A stretch of DNA of 54,085 nt, counting the filler, from Porpidia crustulata (Eukaryota), in assembly GCA_964255105.1 (NCBI GenBank). It is 2 parts of 2 records of this genome, joined end to end, with 100 filler letters (N's around TTAATTAATTAA, not from the genome) between each part and the next. Parts side by side here need not be neighbours in the genome. Positions count along the whole stretch, not along the records: positions 1 to 27,008 come from CAXUWE010000033.1; positions 27,109 to 54,085 come from CAXUWE010000034.1. One strand, written 5' to 3'. Within the stretch, counting starts at the first letter, position 1, and each line of letters begins with the position of its first letter. Of this stretch, positions 21,552 to 33,700 are shown one piece after another. The translations under genes were made by a program, and so were the position numbers. Below the pieces are notes generated by a model. It did not search any database, was not told the DNA's origin, and was given only the letters and a program-made list of their open reading frames with translations.

Positions 21552-24500
21552 ATGTCAAGATCGGCAACGCCACTGTATGATCCATCATCTCACGGCCCAA
21601 AATCCTCCCTTCGAATCTCCCCTGCAAGACCGGTAACACCAGCCCCTACGTTCTCCAACCCAGTAAGTTCTCAACGGTCAAGAGATCGAATGGAAAGGCT
21701 GGCTGCCGCTGATAGAGTGATGTCGTAGTCAAGAACAGCGGCGTTTTCTCTTCTCACAGCAGTAGAAACCGAGCAGCGTCTGACTTCATCCCTCACACAC
21801 GGACTTTCGCCATCGGACGCCGAAGCGAGACTCATCAAGGATGGCCACAATGAACTTCCGCATGAAGAGCCGGAGCCTTTGTGGCTTAGGTTCCTCAAAC
21901 AATTCAAAGAGACTCTCATTTTGCTCTTGCTTGCATCCGCAGTAATATCTTTCCTTATGGGTAATTTGGACGACGCGATAAGCATCACTATTGCCGTCAT
22001 AATAGTAGTTTCCGTGGCATTTGTGCAAGAATATCGATCGGAGCAGTCATTAGAGGCACTCAATAAGCTGGTCCCGCATTTTGCCCACCTTATCAGAGGC
22101 ACTCAGAATGGCATGCCTCAGTTGATGCAGGACGCGCAAAACGAAAACCACATGGAATTGTCGACGAATAGCCCGCCATCTGCCATAACTGCCTTAGAGC
22201 GGGCCTCGACCACGGTACATGCAGCACAATTAGTGCAAGGCGATTTAGTCATATTCTCTACAGGCGATCGAATTCCTGCAGACATACGGATCACAAAAGC
22301 CGTGGATTTATCAGTCGATGAGTCGAATCTTACTGGAGAAAATGAACCAGCTTTAAAGCAAGCGAGTGTACTGGACGGACATCATGTTGGTGGTAGAGCT
22401 TCTGCATTCGGTCCTCCCCCTTCACCTTCATATGCATCTCTAGCAGCTGGAACCGTGGGCGCGGACATACGTCTTAACGACCAGACAAACATAGCTTTTA
22501 TGGGGACATTGGTACGGTCGGGTTACGGCCAAGGGTTAGTCATTGGCACTGGAGCAGGCACGGAATTTGGCAGTATCTCAGCCTCTTTGCAAGAGATTGA
22601 AAGTCCTCGAACACCCCTACAACTATCAATGGATCGCCTCGGTCAAGAGTTGAGCTACATGTCTTTCGGAGTTATCGGTCTCATTATGCTTGTAGGATTA
22701 TGGCAGGGAAGAAAATTACTAGAGATGTTTCAAATCGGTGTTTCGCTGGCCGTGGCTGCCATTCCTGAAGGTCTTCCAATTATCGTAACCGTAACGCTTG
22801 CTCTGGGGGTTTTGAGAATGGCGAAACAAGGAGCAATTGTTAGGCGTCTTCCCAGTGTCGAGACATTGGGCTCAGTCAACGTGATATGCAGCGATAAAAC
22901 CGGTATACGGAGACGATGATGAAACGCAAGAAAATGTTTGACTAAATTTCATCTAGGTACTTTGACACTCAACCATATGACCGTTACGAAAATCTGGCAC
23001 TTCGACGCGCCCGCTCCAATAGAGGTAAACAGAGATCTGGCCTCAGTTTTCCCTGACCCGGCCACGCGCACCATACTACGGATCGGGAATATAGCTAACA
23101 ACGGACGGCTTTCTCGAGTGAACGCAAACTCACCAGCGACAGCTTCCTCAGCTGTGATCATGTCTTCAACGCTAGGCCACGACCGTAACAGTGGGACCAA
23201 GAGTCGTTGGGTAGGTCAGCCGACAGACGTTGCAATATTGGATTTGCTTGATACCTTCGGCGAAGAAGACGTTCGAGAAAGAATTGGATCGCGAAGCACA
23301 GAAACGCCATTCAGCTCCGAGAGGAAATGGATGGGTGTGGTAATTGGAGCCAATCAAGGGGGTGATCTCAGTCCAGGGCCCGAGGTCGCTTACATCAAAG
23401 GGGCACTAGAGCAGGTATTGGAGCGGTGTGATACTTACCTTTCGAAAGATGGCAGGGAAATCATACTAGACGAGCCCAGAAGACGAGCCTCTCTCCTCGC
23501 GGCCGAACGAATGGCAGAGGAGGGGTTGAGAGTCCTTGGCTTTGCAAGTGGTTCTGCGGCCACATCCGGCAGGCCCACAAACGTTCATAGCCGGAGCAAT
23601 ACGCCACGGCCAAGACTGAGGGAACGCGCTTCTAGCCGACAGATTGATGATGAGGCTTTCCAGGGACTGGTCTTTGCCGGAATTGTAGGAATGAATGATC
23701 CTCCCCGGAAAGACGTTGACAAATCTATTCGACGTCTAGTGTCTGGACAAGTCAAAGTTATTATGATAACCGGGGATGCAGAAACAACGGCCCTGGCCAT
23801 TGCTAAGAAGCTGGGGATGCCTCTGAATACATCAAGGGCAGGGCATCGTCCAGTATTGAGAGGTGACGAAGTTGATCGTATGTCAGAAAGCGAATTAGCC
23901 AACGCGATGTCGGGAACCTCGATTTTTGCTCGAACAAGCCCGGAGCACAAGATGAAGATCATCCGCGCATTACAGTCGCGAGGAGACGTTGTTGCAATGA
24001 CGGGTGATGGAGTGAACGACGCTCCAGCTCTCAAGAAGGCCGACATCGGCATATCGATGGGACTTCTTGGCACTGACGTCGCCAAGGAAGCAGCCGATAT
24101 GATTCTCACAGATGACGACTTTTCAACAATACTGAGCGCCATAGAAGAGGGCAAAGGCATCTTCTACAATATTCAGAATTTCCTCACGTTCCAACTCAGT
24201 ACCAGCGTCGCTGCTCTGTCCCTTGTCCTTCTCAGCACCTTTCTTGGGTTTAGAAACCCCTTAAATGCTATGCAGATTTTATGGATCAGTAGGTTCTTCC
24301 TTGACGAGATCTGACATGTCCATATCATGCTAATCATTACGACAGATATCCTTATGGACGGCCCGCCAGCTCAATCCTTGGGCGTTGAGCCTGTCGACCC
24401 TGCTATCATGAGCCGCCCACCTCGCTCTAGGAATGCTCGGGTCCTCACGCGAGCTCTCATCCAGCGAGTCCTTACTTCTGCGTCTATCATCATGCTTGGC

Positions 24501-24890
24501 ACTTTATTGATCTACATTCACGAAATGTCACAGGACCATACGGTCAGTGCTCGAGATACGACAATGACATTTACCTGTTTTGTCTTTTTCGATATGTTCA
24601 ACGCCCTTACATGTCGTAGTGAGGGTAAAAGCGTGCTCAGGGGGGAGCTCCAAGTGGCCGGAAACCGCATGTTTAACGTTGCGGTAGGCGGTAGTCTACT
24701 GGGGCAGATGGCTGTCATTTACTTGCCTCTCTTGCAGCGCATCTTCCAGACGGAAGGCTTGAGCATCAAGGACTTGGCGCTTTTGATGACCATTGCTAGT
24801 ACCGTTTTTTGGGTAGACGAAGCGAGGAAGTTCTTGAGGGTAAGGAACAGGACTACCAGAGGATTAGGTGGGTACAGTGGGAGTGTATGA
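21552..24890 (+). CDS. PMR1: Golgi Ca2+/Mn2+ P-type ATPase (SPCA/PMR1) (exons 21552-21662, 21729-22902, 22957-24288, 24346-24890)
   Basis: [29 protein letters not shown] (split by intron 22903-22956), [35 protein letters not shown]. The 5' exon was reconstructed through a GTAAGT..GCTGAT..TAG intron. Confidence 0.95.
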
Positions 24891-25359
24891 CGGATCTGTA
24901 AAACTATTGCAACTGTATATAAGCCGAAGCATTAATAAGAGCCTTTCAAACAATTTCTTTCATTCGATAAGCTTATGTGACTAGGCTGAGGCTCAAGGAC
25001 AGCGTCTACGGGGCAGCCCTACCTAGATAGATAACTCCGCCCCACTCTAAGTATTCCGTACAGTTGGAATCATCACAGCTTGATTCATCGTACTTACTAC
25101 TCCCTCGTCTTTACCTTTTTACCTCTTTACCTAGAATTCCTCACTCTAGACTTGATATCCATATCTCCTTCCTTACAATTCCTCGTTTCCTATTTCTATG
25201 GTTGATCGCTCTACAGTCTGATGATCCGACCAACATCCGCTTTCGACGAGTTGGTGGCGTAATTGTATACTTCCGTCTCTCCAGACTCGCTCATAATCCC
25301 GCCTTCCTCGAGAATCCTAACTAGACGTGACCTTCAAAACCTTTCGGCTCTTACTATCG

Positions 25360-26590
25360 ATGTCATCACCGAACGATGTATCCTCAGAAGTATCCTCTGC
25401 GGTATCAATTCCCGTTGAGCTCGCGACTTTGATACTCTCAAGCACGACCTCTGGGCCGGCTTCGACCATATTACGCTCCTCTTCTACCTCATCACCAGCG
25501 ATGACCGCAATAGTCACTGCCGTAGCTACGGCTGTATTGCACAATGACGAATCGTCTAGACCAGGCCCCGGCAACGGCGAATGCGAGCTATTGGGGCCCT
25601 TTGCTCTTTTCATCCAAGGTGCCCTTGGAGCTTTAGCACTGCTATCATTGGTATACAAGCGCTGGCGAGAGAGACCACAGCGGCCAGTGAAGATATGGGC
25701 CTTTGATGCCTCAAAGCAGGTCGTGGGATCAATACTACTGCACATAGCTAATCTGCTCATGTCAATGCTTTCTTCTGGACAGCTCACTGTTACAATCGCA
25801 AGTGACCGCTACCAAGCGAACCCTTGCTCGTTCTACCTTCTTAATCTCGCTATTGATGTAAGTACTAAATAAGGCATTGGACTGTTTTGAATAATCCACT
25901 AATCTTGTCCCTACATAGACTACTATAGGCATACCTATACTGATCGTACTACTTCGCCTCTTGACTGTTGCTTTTGCTTTGACTCCCCTGGGCGATCCAC
26001 CAGAATCAATACAATCGGGTAATTACGGCCATCCCCCCAAGGCTGCGTGGTGGCTCAAACAGTCCTTCATATATTTCGTCGGTTTACTAGGAATGAAACT
26101 TTGCGTGTTCTTCATATTCCAACTTTGCCCATGGATCGTTCGAGTCGGTGACTGGGCTCTCCGATGGACGGAGGGCAACGAAATGGTGCAGGTATTTTTC
26201 GTCATGCTATTCTTCCCGGTTGTAATGAACGCCTTGCAATACTACATAATCGATAGCTTCATCAAGAACCAAAAACCGAACGATCACGAACTAATTCCCA
26301 GCGAGGACGAAGACGATGCAGATCAGGATGATCGGGGACGACGCCGCAGCACCGACAGAGCGCCTGACAGCGAGAGTGACAACGAAGCCGAGATTGCAAA
26401 GGAGACAGGGACCAACAAAGTCTCGAAGCTAGGAGACGTTGAGCAGGATTTGAAAAAGGAACCCAAAAATCTCGACGAGTATGACCCTGATACCGACGGA
26501 TCCAGGAGTGTAGGATCCAGCAGAAGTGAAAGAGATAAGCTTCCTCCGCCTTTGCAGAAGGATTTGAGAACATCAGCGAATGGAAACTAG
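25360..26590 (+). CDS. Multi-pass vacuolar membrane protein, STIMATE/TMEM110/YPL162C family (exons 25360-25857, 25919-26590)
   Basis: CELLGPFA, KRWRERPQRP..IWAFDASKQ, NPCSFYLLNLAIDTTIG, SGNYGHPP, VMNALQYYIIDSFIK, acidic tail. Intron 25858-25918 (GTAAGT..CTAAT..TAG). Confidence 0.85.
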
Positions 26591-27008
26591 TCTGAATAAA
26601 GCTGAGAAAGCTCTCCTCTTTATGCGACTATGAAATCCGGTGCAGATAGGAGCATAGCAGGCTGGCGCTGGTTTCGTGGTATTGCGTCTATTAATTTTGG
26701 ATATATGTATACTCTTTGTAGGAGCAATATTTGGATAGGCCAACACGGTCACTCTAGCTTTTACACATCTGCTCTTGATGCATAGAGATCACAGTCAACG
26801 AGTATACATTTGATTCACCTACGAAATCCGTTGCACCTAGATACCTTGAGGAAGTCTACTAAACAAAGGCCTTTTCCTAGCTGGCTCGGATCCCTACCTA
26901 GCGGCCCGACAACCTCAACCGCTCACCTGAACCTTATTGCGGACTTTGAACGGAAACCCCCCGATCCAGCTCCCCCCCAAGCCCTGCAAGACACCCTCCC
27001 TTCGAAGG

Positions 27009-27108
27009 NNNNNNNNNNNNNNNNNNNNNNNNNNNNNNNNNNNNNNNNNNNNTTAATTAATTAANNNNNNNNNNNNNNNNNNNNNNNNNNNNNNNNNNNN
27101 NNNNNNNN
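27009..27108. other. Artificial assembly spacer: N44 + TTAATTAATTAA + N44 (100 bp)
   Basis: Exactly symmetric N runs around a 12-mer that gives stop codons in all six frames, as used in contig-joining pads. Confidence 0.93.
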
Positions 27109-27739
27109 ATTTTGCGGAATATCTTCGTGGGAAAAGAGAATATTATGGGAGAATCTAGCAGACGGCGCTGAAATAAGAGACTCAGGGTGCTTGGTATACT
27201 TGGGCTAGCTGGCGCTGCAGATAGCGGATTGTAACTTACATACGTCTTCTCGCCACAAAAGATGAACTCTCCGCTCAGGATACTCTGGCTTGCGGCCGTT
27301 GAATAATCACGTAGACGACTTAATCTAATCACAGACGCGCGTACCACTTCGTCCATCACCATCGCCATCATCACCAATCGTCCCCGCGGAAAGTAGAATG
27401 GTGAATTCTCTAGAAAACTTCAAATACACGCATCCCCCCGAGCACAAAAATCACACATCGCCTCAACGAATAACGAATCCACCGTTGCCTCTTCCAAAAG
27501 AAAAGAAAAACCGACCAATCTGAGCCAAAGCACAAGGGTATAAACATCGACTCCGCGCAAAAAAACCCCCCCGCCAAGCCCAGGAAACGCCGCACCCAAC
27601 GCCGCTTCAACCCATGTACGGACGGATGGACGCACGGGAATCGACGCCTGCAAATGCTCGCTAAGGATGGTTGCGATGTTTGGCACGGTATGCACCATGA
27701 GACAAAGGAAAAAAATTGGCGTCGTGTCGAATTTCCCTC

Positions 27740-30700
27740 TCATCTCGGCTCCTCACTCCGGCCCCCTCCTTCGGCGACAAGGTCCTCCCCTTCCTGCAAG
27801 ATATCCGTGATGCGCTTCAGGTTCTCAATCGTGCTGCGGCCGTGCCCCATCAGCAACAGCTTCTCCGCGTTTGCCGGCAGCCCCAAATACGTCGGCGGTT
27901 CTCGCTCCGGTAGCGCGTCCACCCATTCCAGAAATTCCGGCATGCCCGTCCCACCTGGCACGGTCAAGCTGCCGTCGCCTTCGGAGGACGTGGCGGCAGC
28001 TGCGTCTGCGCCGTTCACAAGCCTATAGCCGTCTTCGAATGCGGCGGAGGTCAGGAATGTGGCGACGAGAGCCGAAAGCTGGGCGAAGTCGGCTTCGTCG
28101 TCGATCTTGCCACCGTAGGTCTCGGTGATGAGGGTGCGGATGAGGTCCCAAGGGATTTTGGCGGGCGCGATGTTGGTTCTGCCGTTGGCGACGGCGTCTA
28201 TCCAGGTGTCGATGATGTAGGCGGCGCACTCGTACTGGGAGTCTGTCAGCTATGTGTGTGAATCGAAGAGGGATGGAAAAGAAATTTACTTACATCGCTA
28301 TCATTGAACTCCCAGAAGCCCTTCCATCCCAAGGTTGGCGCATACCGCAATCGTTCTTGGATCACAGCATGCAAGAATGAGAGGAGTAAGTAGAGTCGAG
28401 CCTTTTCTGCGGGTTGCTTCGCCGCTCGGATGGAGAGAGAAGATAGGGAATCCTTCATGTTCGCTCTGATTCCTGCGGGTTGCTCGTACATTAACACGCG
28501 GGAAGCTCGCAAAAGGTTGACCGGAATCTTGGGGCTGGCCTCCATGGAGAGGAAAAGCCGGAAGTCTGAATGTGGCTTGAGTGAATTCAATCGTTTTTCC
28601 AGACTCTGCAGCCATAGTGGTGCAAGGTGTACATTTTTTATCAGGACCCAATTCCCGTTTGCCGCGGCGTTGCTGATGGCTTTGTCAGCACTGGCAGGTC
28701 CTTCACTGGACCCCATAGCAATATTCGAGCACTGAGCTTTCAGCTCCTCAACCAGATTGTCGACTTTATAGCTGGCGTCAAATCCGGGAGTTGAGCTGAG
28801 TGCAATAGGCGTCTTGGGTGGAACTTGAGCCACTACATCCTTGAGATTGCTGTTTGTTTCCAATACGCCTCTACCAAACACGGCTGTGATAAACTTTTCC
28901 ACTGCTGGTATGAAACGATCGAGCCTGAAAAGCTTAATCAAAAGGATAGACCTCAAGTGCTGATCTAAGAGACTTGTACTGCCGCTCCATACCACAGGTA
29001 CACAATTCTCAGCCAGCTCTTCTGCGAAGAAGCGATCCCAGTTAGCTGGTGACACTGTAGGGGTATACTCTTTAAGAGCTGGTAAGCGAGCAGCCTTGGC
29101 CTGCGCATCCGGAATACTTTGGTCATCGGTTGAGACATCGCGCCCCGCTAGATTTGGATCAAGGATATCATCTACCAAGCTTTTGTCCATCTGATAAGGT
29201 GAAGCTTGGGCGAGTAGCATACCGAGAGCAATGCGGTCTTTCTGTAAGAGACTGAGAGATGTCCTCTGATAGGTATTAACAAACAAGTCGCGTAGGATAA
29301 TGTCGCCTCTAGCGGAGTAATCCTTCGTGCCCTGGAGGTGGGGATTTTGGTGAAGTACAGAGTTAAAGATATCCACAAAGTAATGTAAGGAGAACCGGTA
29401 GAAATGGTTCAAATGATGTAGCTGTTCTAGAACAGCGAATACGGCACTACAAGCCCGTGCAATGGTGCCGTACTGCAAGGTGATCGCCTCCACTTCAGCC
29501 ATTACACCTTCGGTCTCCGACATTTTCTTAGATATCTCAGCAGCCTCTTTCTTCAGGGTTTCGAGTGTCTCAATGACTACGTCGTCATCTAGTATATTTC
29601 CTCGGGACTCGTTCAAAGCCTGTAATAGACGCTTCTCGAGGCCTCTCAAGTGAGTGTTGAATTCGCCTTGCATCTTGACAAGGTTTGATCTTCTTTGGTC
29701 AACGTCCGGTCGTTCGCATTTGAGGACCTCGTTGAGTGACTGGGTCCGTAGACTGCTCTGAGTCACGGTGAAATTGACAAACGTGGACCGACTGCAGATT
29801 TCAGGCGGAAATATAGCAGATGGATCTCGCGTGGATAGGTAGAGCTTGAACGCAGGAGAGAAATCGATTTCTTGCTTCCCGAGTTGAATCAAGACGCGAC
29901 CACCGGTCTTCTGATATTCCTTGTTGAGCACGTGGTTTAGCACTGGGTCTAGATGTTCAGCGTCCTGTATTAAGATTGGATTTCCGAAGCGGAGCGAGCT
30001 TTCAAGCTGCTTTATAAAAGAATCATCCAAGAAACTCGTGACAGTCAACCGCCGGTCCTTGCTTTCATTCTGCAGAAATTCTGTAGCACGTCCAGATGGG
30101 TCAATAATTAGTGGGTAGCGATTGTAACGCTTCAGGATAATTGCATTCTCGGTGCAGAGGTCGTCGACTGGTAAACCATTCTCTTGCCACTTTTGGCGCT
30201 CGTCTGCAGAAGAAAGGTACTCCGTAATCGGATTCGGTGTCTTGTATTCGATACCGGACAAGGCTAAGTGTTCCAGCCAGTCGTCAGTCATTGCTTTGCG
30301 GAACTGTTGATCGAAGAGTCCACCATATGCAAGAAAAGCCGCGGCTACGAGTACGTCCCCCACGATTGTACTGATTTGTGTTTTGAACGACTTGCTTCCT
30401 TCCTCCCAGCGCGATCGTTCAGATGAGAGACTGTCAAGCAACTTGACGCTTCTGCTGACCTTATTCCCTACGCGGGCCATCTCGGTCTTGATAGCTTGTG
30501 TCTCACTAATGAGCGCTGCGTACTCTGACTTGTAAGTGGCAATACTCCGCTCGAGATCGACGATAGTGTTCTCAATTGCTTGAGCCTCTGCTTTGGTCTG
30601 TAGAGCCTGCTCTTCGAGATGGTTGGCCTCCTCGCGCAGGGGACCGATGCGGTCCAATATCGCAGAGTAATTAACCTGTGCTTCAACCCACTGCACGAGC

Positions 30701-33700
30701 GGTCCGCAAGCCTTACTCGCGCGATTGACTCTCTCGTAAGTGAATTCGTCCTTGGACAAGAAATCGTTCTGCATCCTGAGACGGTGGTTTCGCGTCATCT
30801 GTCGCTCATTGTCATAGCCAACTATACTAGCAATAAAGTCATCTCGGCGCACAATGCCCTGGATTGTTTTCCAGCTTTCAGCTTTGTGTCCAAGTAAGGT
30901 ACATACGGCTTCTAAGGCAAGCTTGACGCCAGCTGGAGGGTTACCCATGGATCGTACTTCGGTTAGGTGCTGACGCTTGATATTGCTGACGCTTTCTTGA
31001 GCGTCTAGGACAGCAGGCTCTGCTTTCTCCAGATCGGCGTTGACAACTTCTTTCCGCTTCGCAACCTCATCTTCTTGCTTATCAAGATCAATCTGTATTT
31101 TCAGAGACGTAGCTTTCCGTTGTTCGGCTTCTCGTTGGTCGGCAATCATTTGCTGTAGTTTTCCATTGGCTTCAGCGTCCTTTCTCTCGAGTTGCGACTT
31201 CTTATAAGCTAAACTTGCGCGTAAGTCTCTAACCTTGTCCACGGTATCCCTCAGCTTTTCTAGCCCGACATTCAGATGGCGTTGTTGGTCTTCAAGATCT
31301 TCACGTTTTTCGTTCAGAAGCTTTACATATTGCGCGACAAAGTCAAGAAAATGCCGAGGTGTGATGAAGGTAGTTCGGCCCTGCTGTCTTGAGAGACGAG
31401 TATTGAAGTGACGCAACGAATGGTGCACATATACCATTGCATTTACCACCGTATCTCGATGTGAGGGCGGAAGAGCAAGATCTCGGTAGACAATAGGAAT
31501 ACTGTCAGACACCACAAAGTCTGCACGATCGAGATCCACGGGTTGTGTTAATTCGGACCCGACCTGGAACAAGGCCTGATCAGACCAGTCGCCAAACCAA
31601 TTGAGAACGCATCGATTGAACAAAGCTGGACTGGTTGCAGCCTTGGACGACAAGCCGTCTTCTGGCGGGTTCATTGTGAAGACAACGTGTAGATTCTTGA
31701 CGATTTGTCCTGTAAACCACTTATACAATTCCTCCTGAGAGTCGAGTAGAAGTCCTTGACGCTGAGCACCTTCTTTGCAGGCTGTCAACAATGCCGCAAA
31801 CTCATCTCCCTCGAACAGGCCAGGTATTTCTGCATTTGCAAGTAATGTGTTCATTCGTTCAAGGAAGCCAGAGTCCAATACATTAGATTCATCCATGATA
31901 AAACAGATCTTCTCTCCTTTGCACCCAGCACGACGAAGGACGTCGCGCAAGTCATCATCAAAATCCTCTGCAGAATACTTACCATGTACCCTGATTTGGA
32001 AGACCTTCAGCCCATTCATCCATGCTACAAATCGTGAAAGAGTCGTTTTACCGCTTCCGCTGACCCCAATGAGGATCAGATGTCCTTGTGGCTGACGGAA
32101 AACTCTGTCAATGCGGAGGACATGCTCAAGTACATCATCGAATAATATCAGAGGTACGTCCACTTCCTCCTCACAGAAGGTCTTGAGTCTTGCTTTGACA
32201 AAGTCTCTGAGATGATCACGGTCAACAGGGATATAATTTTTGGAAAGCCAATTCGAGAACAGGATCGGTGCCTTGAGGGCGACGTCTTTGTTAATTGTCG
32301 GGAAGTATTCTGAAGCGATACGATGGACTGTGTCTTCGGTCCATTCTCGTTCGTTGGCAGCCACAAGCCTATCTTGAAAGAGGCGCAATGCCTCGTGAGC
32401 CCAAATTCTGACCAAGCCTTCCACGCTTAGACTCTCTAATGGTCTTATGGCTTCATATACACCCCGGGCCCACCGAGTTAGCTCACGAGGTGAGTAAACA
32501 TAGTGTGGCTGGATGTCTGTTGTGAATCGAGTCTGCGATTCCAGGTAGAATCGCACCATGGCTTTGGTAAGTGCTTCTGAGTAGCCACGTAGATTGGGGA
32601 CGATTTTGAGGATAGCATTGTTAAACGTTCCGTATATCTGTTCTAATGAAATCTCTCCTGGATAATCGACCATTATCAGAGGAGCGTGCCTTAGAAATCG
32701 GGTACCCAGAGGTGTTCGGCCAGCATCAGTGGGCGGGTTGCAAGCTCCGACAAATTGGATACGTTCTAAGGTAACCCATGTTTTGTCTGCTGTTCGCCAG
32801 AAGCCATTCTGCTCGACCAATTGTCGTAGAAAAGATATAGCCCTCTGTGTCCCATACTTATCTGGGGCGGGAAGATTTATCTCGTCACAGAAAAGGACGA
32901 GCCACCTTCCTATCTGGGACGGAGACATCACGACTCCGTTGGGGGCCTTTCGATATTCGCAGTATTGGTCAAATGTCTTGATCAGTAGATCCGGTGTTGT
33001 TGCGCTCGAGAAATTGAGGCCCACAACCTCCATATTAGGTAATTTGCGTAAAGCACTGAATAGGGTCATGGTCTTGCCAGAGCCTGGAGGACCGCAGAGA
33101 ACAAGCGGCTTATGCTCTGCGAGCCACGAATATAAAATGTCTTCGTGACGTACCGTATCCAGCGTTGGTATGACAACGTCAGTCTGGGAAATCGAATGAG
33201 TATTGATTTCAATATTCGGCACGTGTGATTGCCAGGGCGTCCAGTCTGTTTGTGGGAGTGAAACGTCGTAGTCGATAAGCGAAGACGATTGATTGAGCAA
33301 AGGGGTATCAAATGTCGTAAGAGCAGCCACGTTCTCGCCAAACGCCTTTCTATCTCTCATCGGGCAGTCTCCAGCTAAGGCCCAGACCAGTGCAAGCAGC
33401 GTTTTCTTGGAGATGAATGACTCGATCTGGTCTAGATCTAGTGGGAAATCCTCATGTTGTAGGTTATATTCGACAATTGTTCTACAAGCCTTGTTGAGCA
33501 AAGAGAACAGAGTATTCACAGCCCTTGCTTCTGTAAATTCCATAATGTGATTTAGTCTGCTCGCTTCCTGGAGTGCAGTTTTGAGCAAATTTTCACTACC
33601 GAGATAGTGCTGTAGAAGGTCTGCCACCTGAGCTTGCACAATCAATGTGTTCGAAGACGTTTGGCCAGCTGTATCTTCGTCAAGTTCGTCAAAAGCTCTA

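Noticed and set aside
27420..27743. 107-aa ORF whose ATG overlaps the dynein stop codon (ATGA)
   Set aside because: Low-complexity G/T-rich 3' UTR-like sequence with no protein motif; translational coupling is not expected for a fungal nuclear gene.
28023..28229. Arg/His-rich ORF suggesting a frameshift at the dynein 3' end
   Set aside because: Manual translation from the acceptor at 28235 is continuous in frame to 27740; this ORF is an off-frame reading of GC-rich codons.
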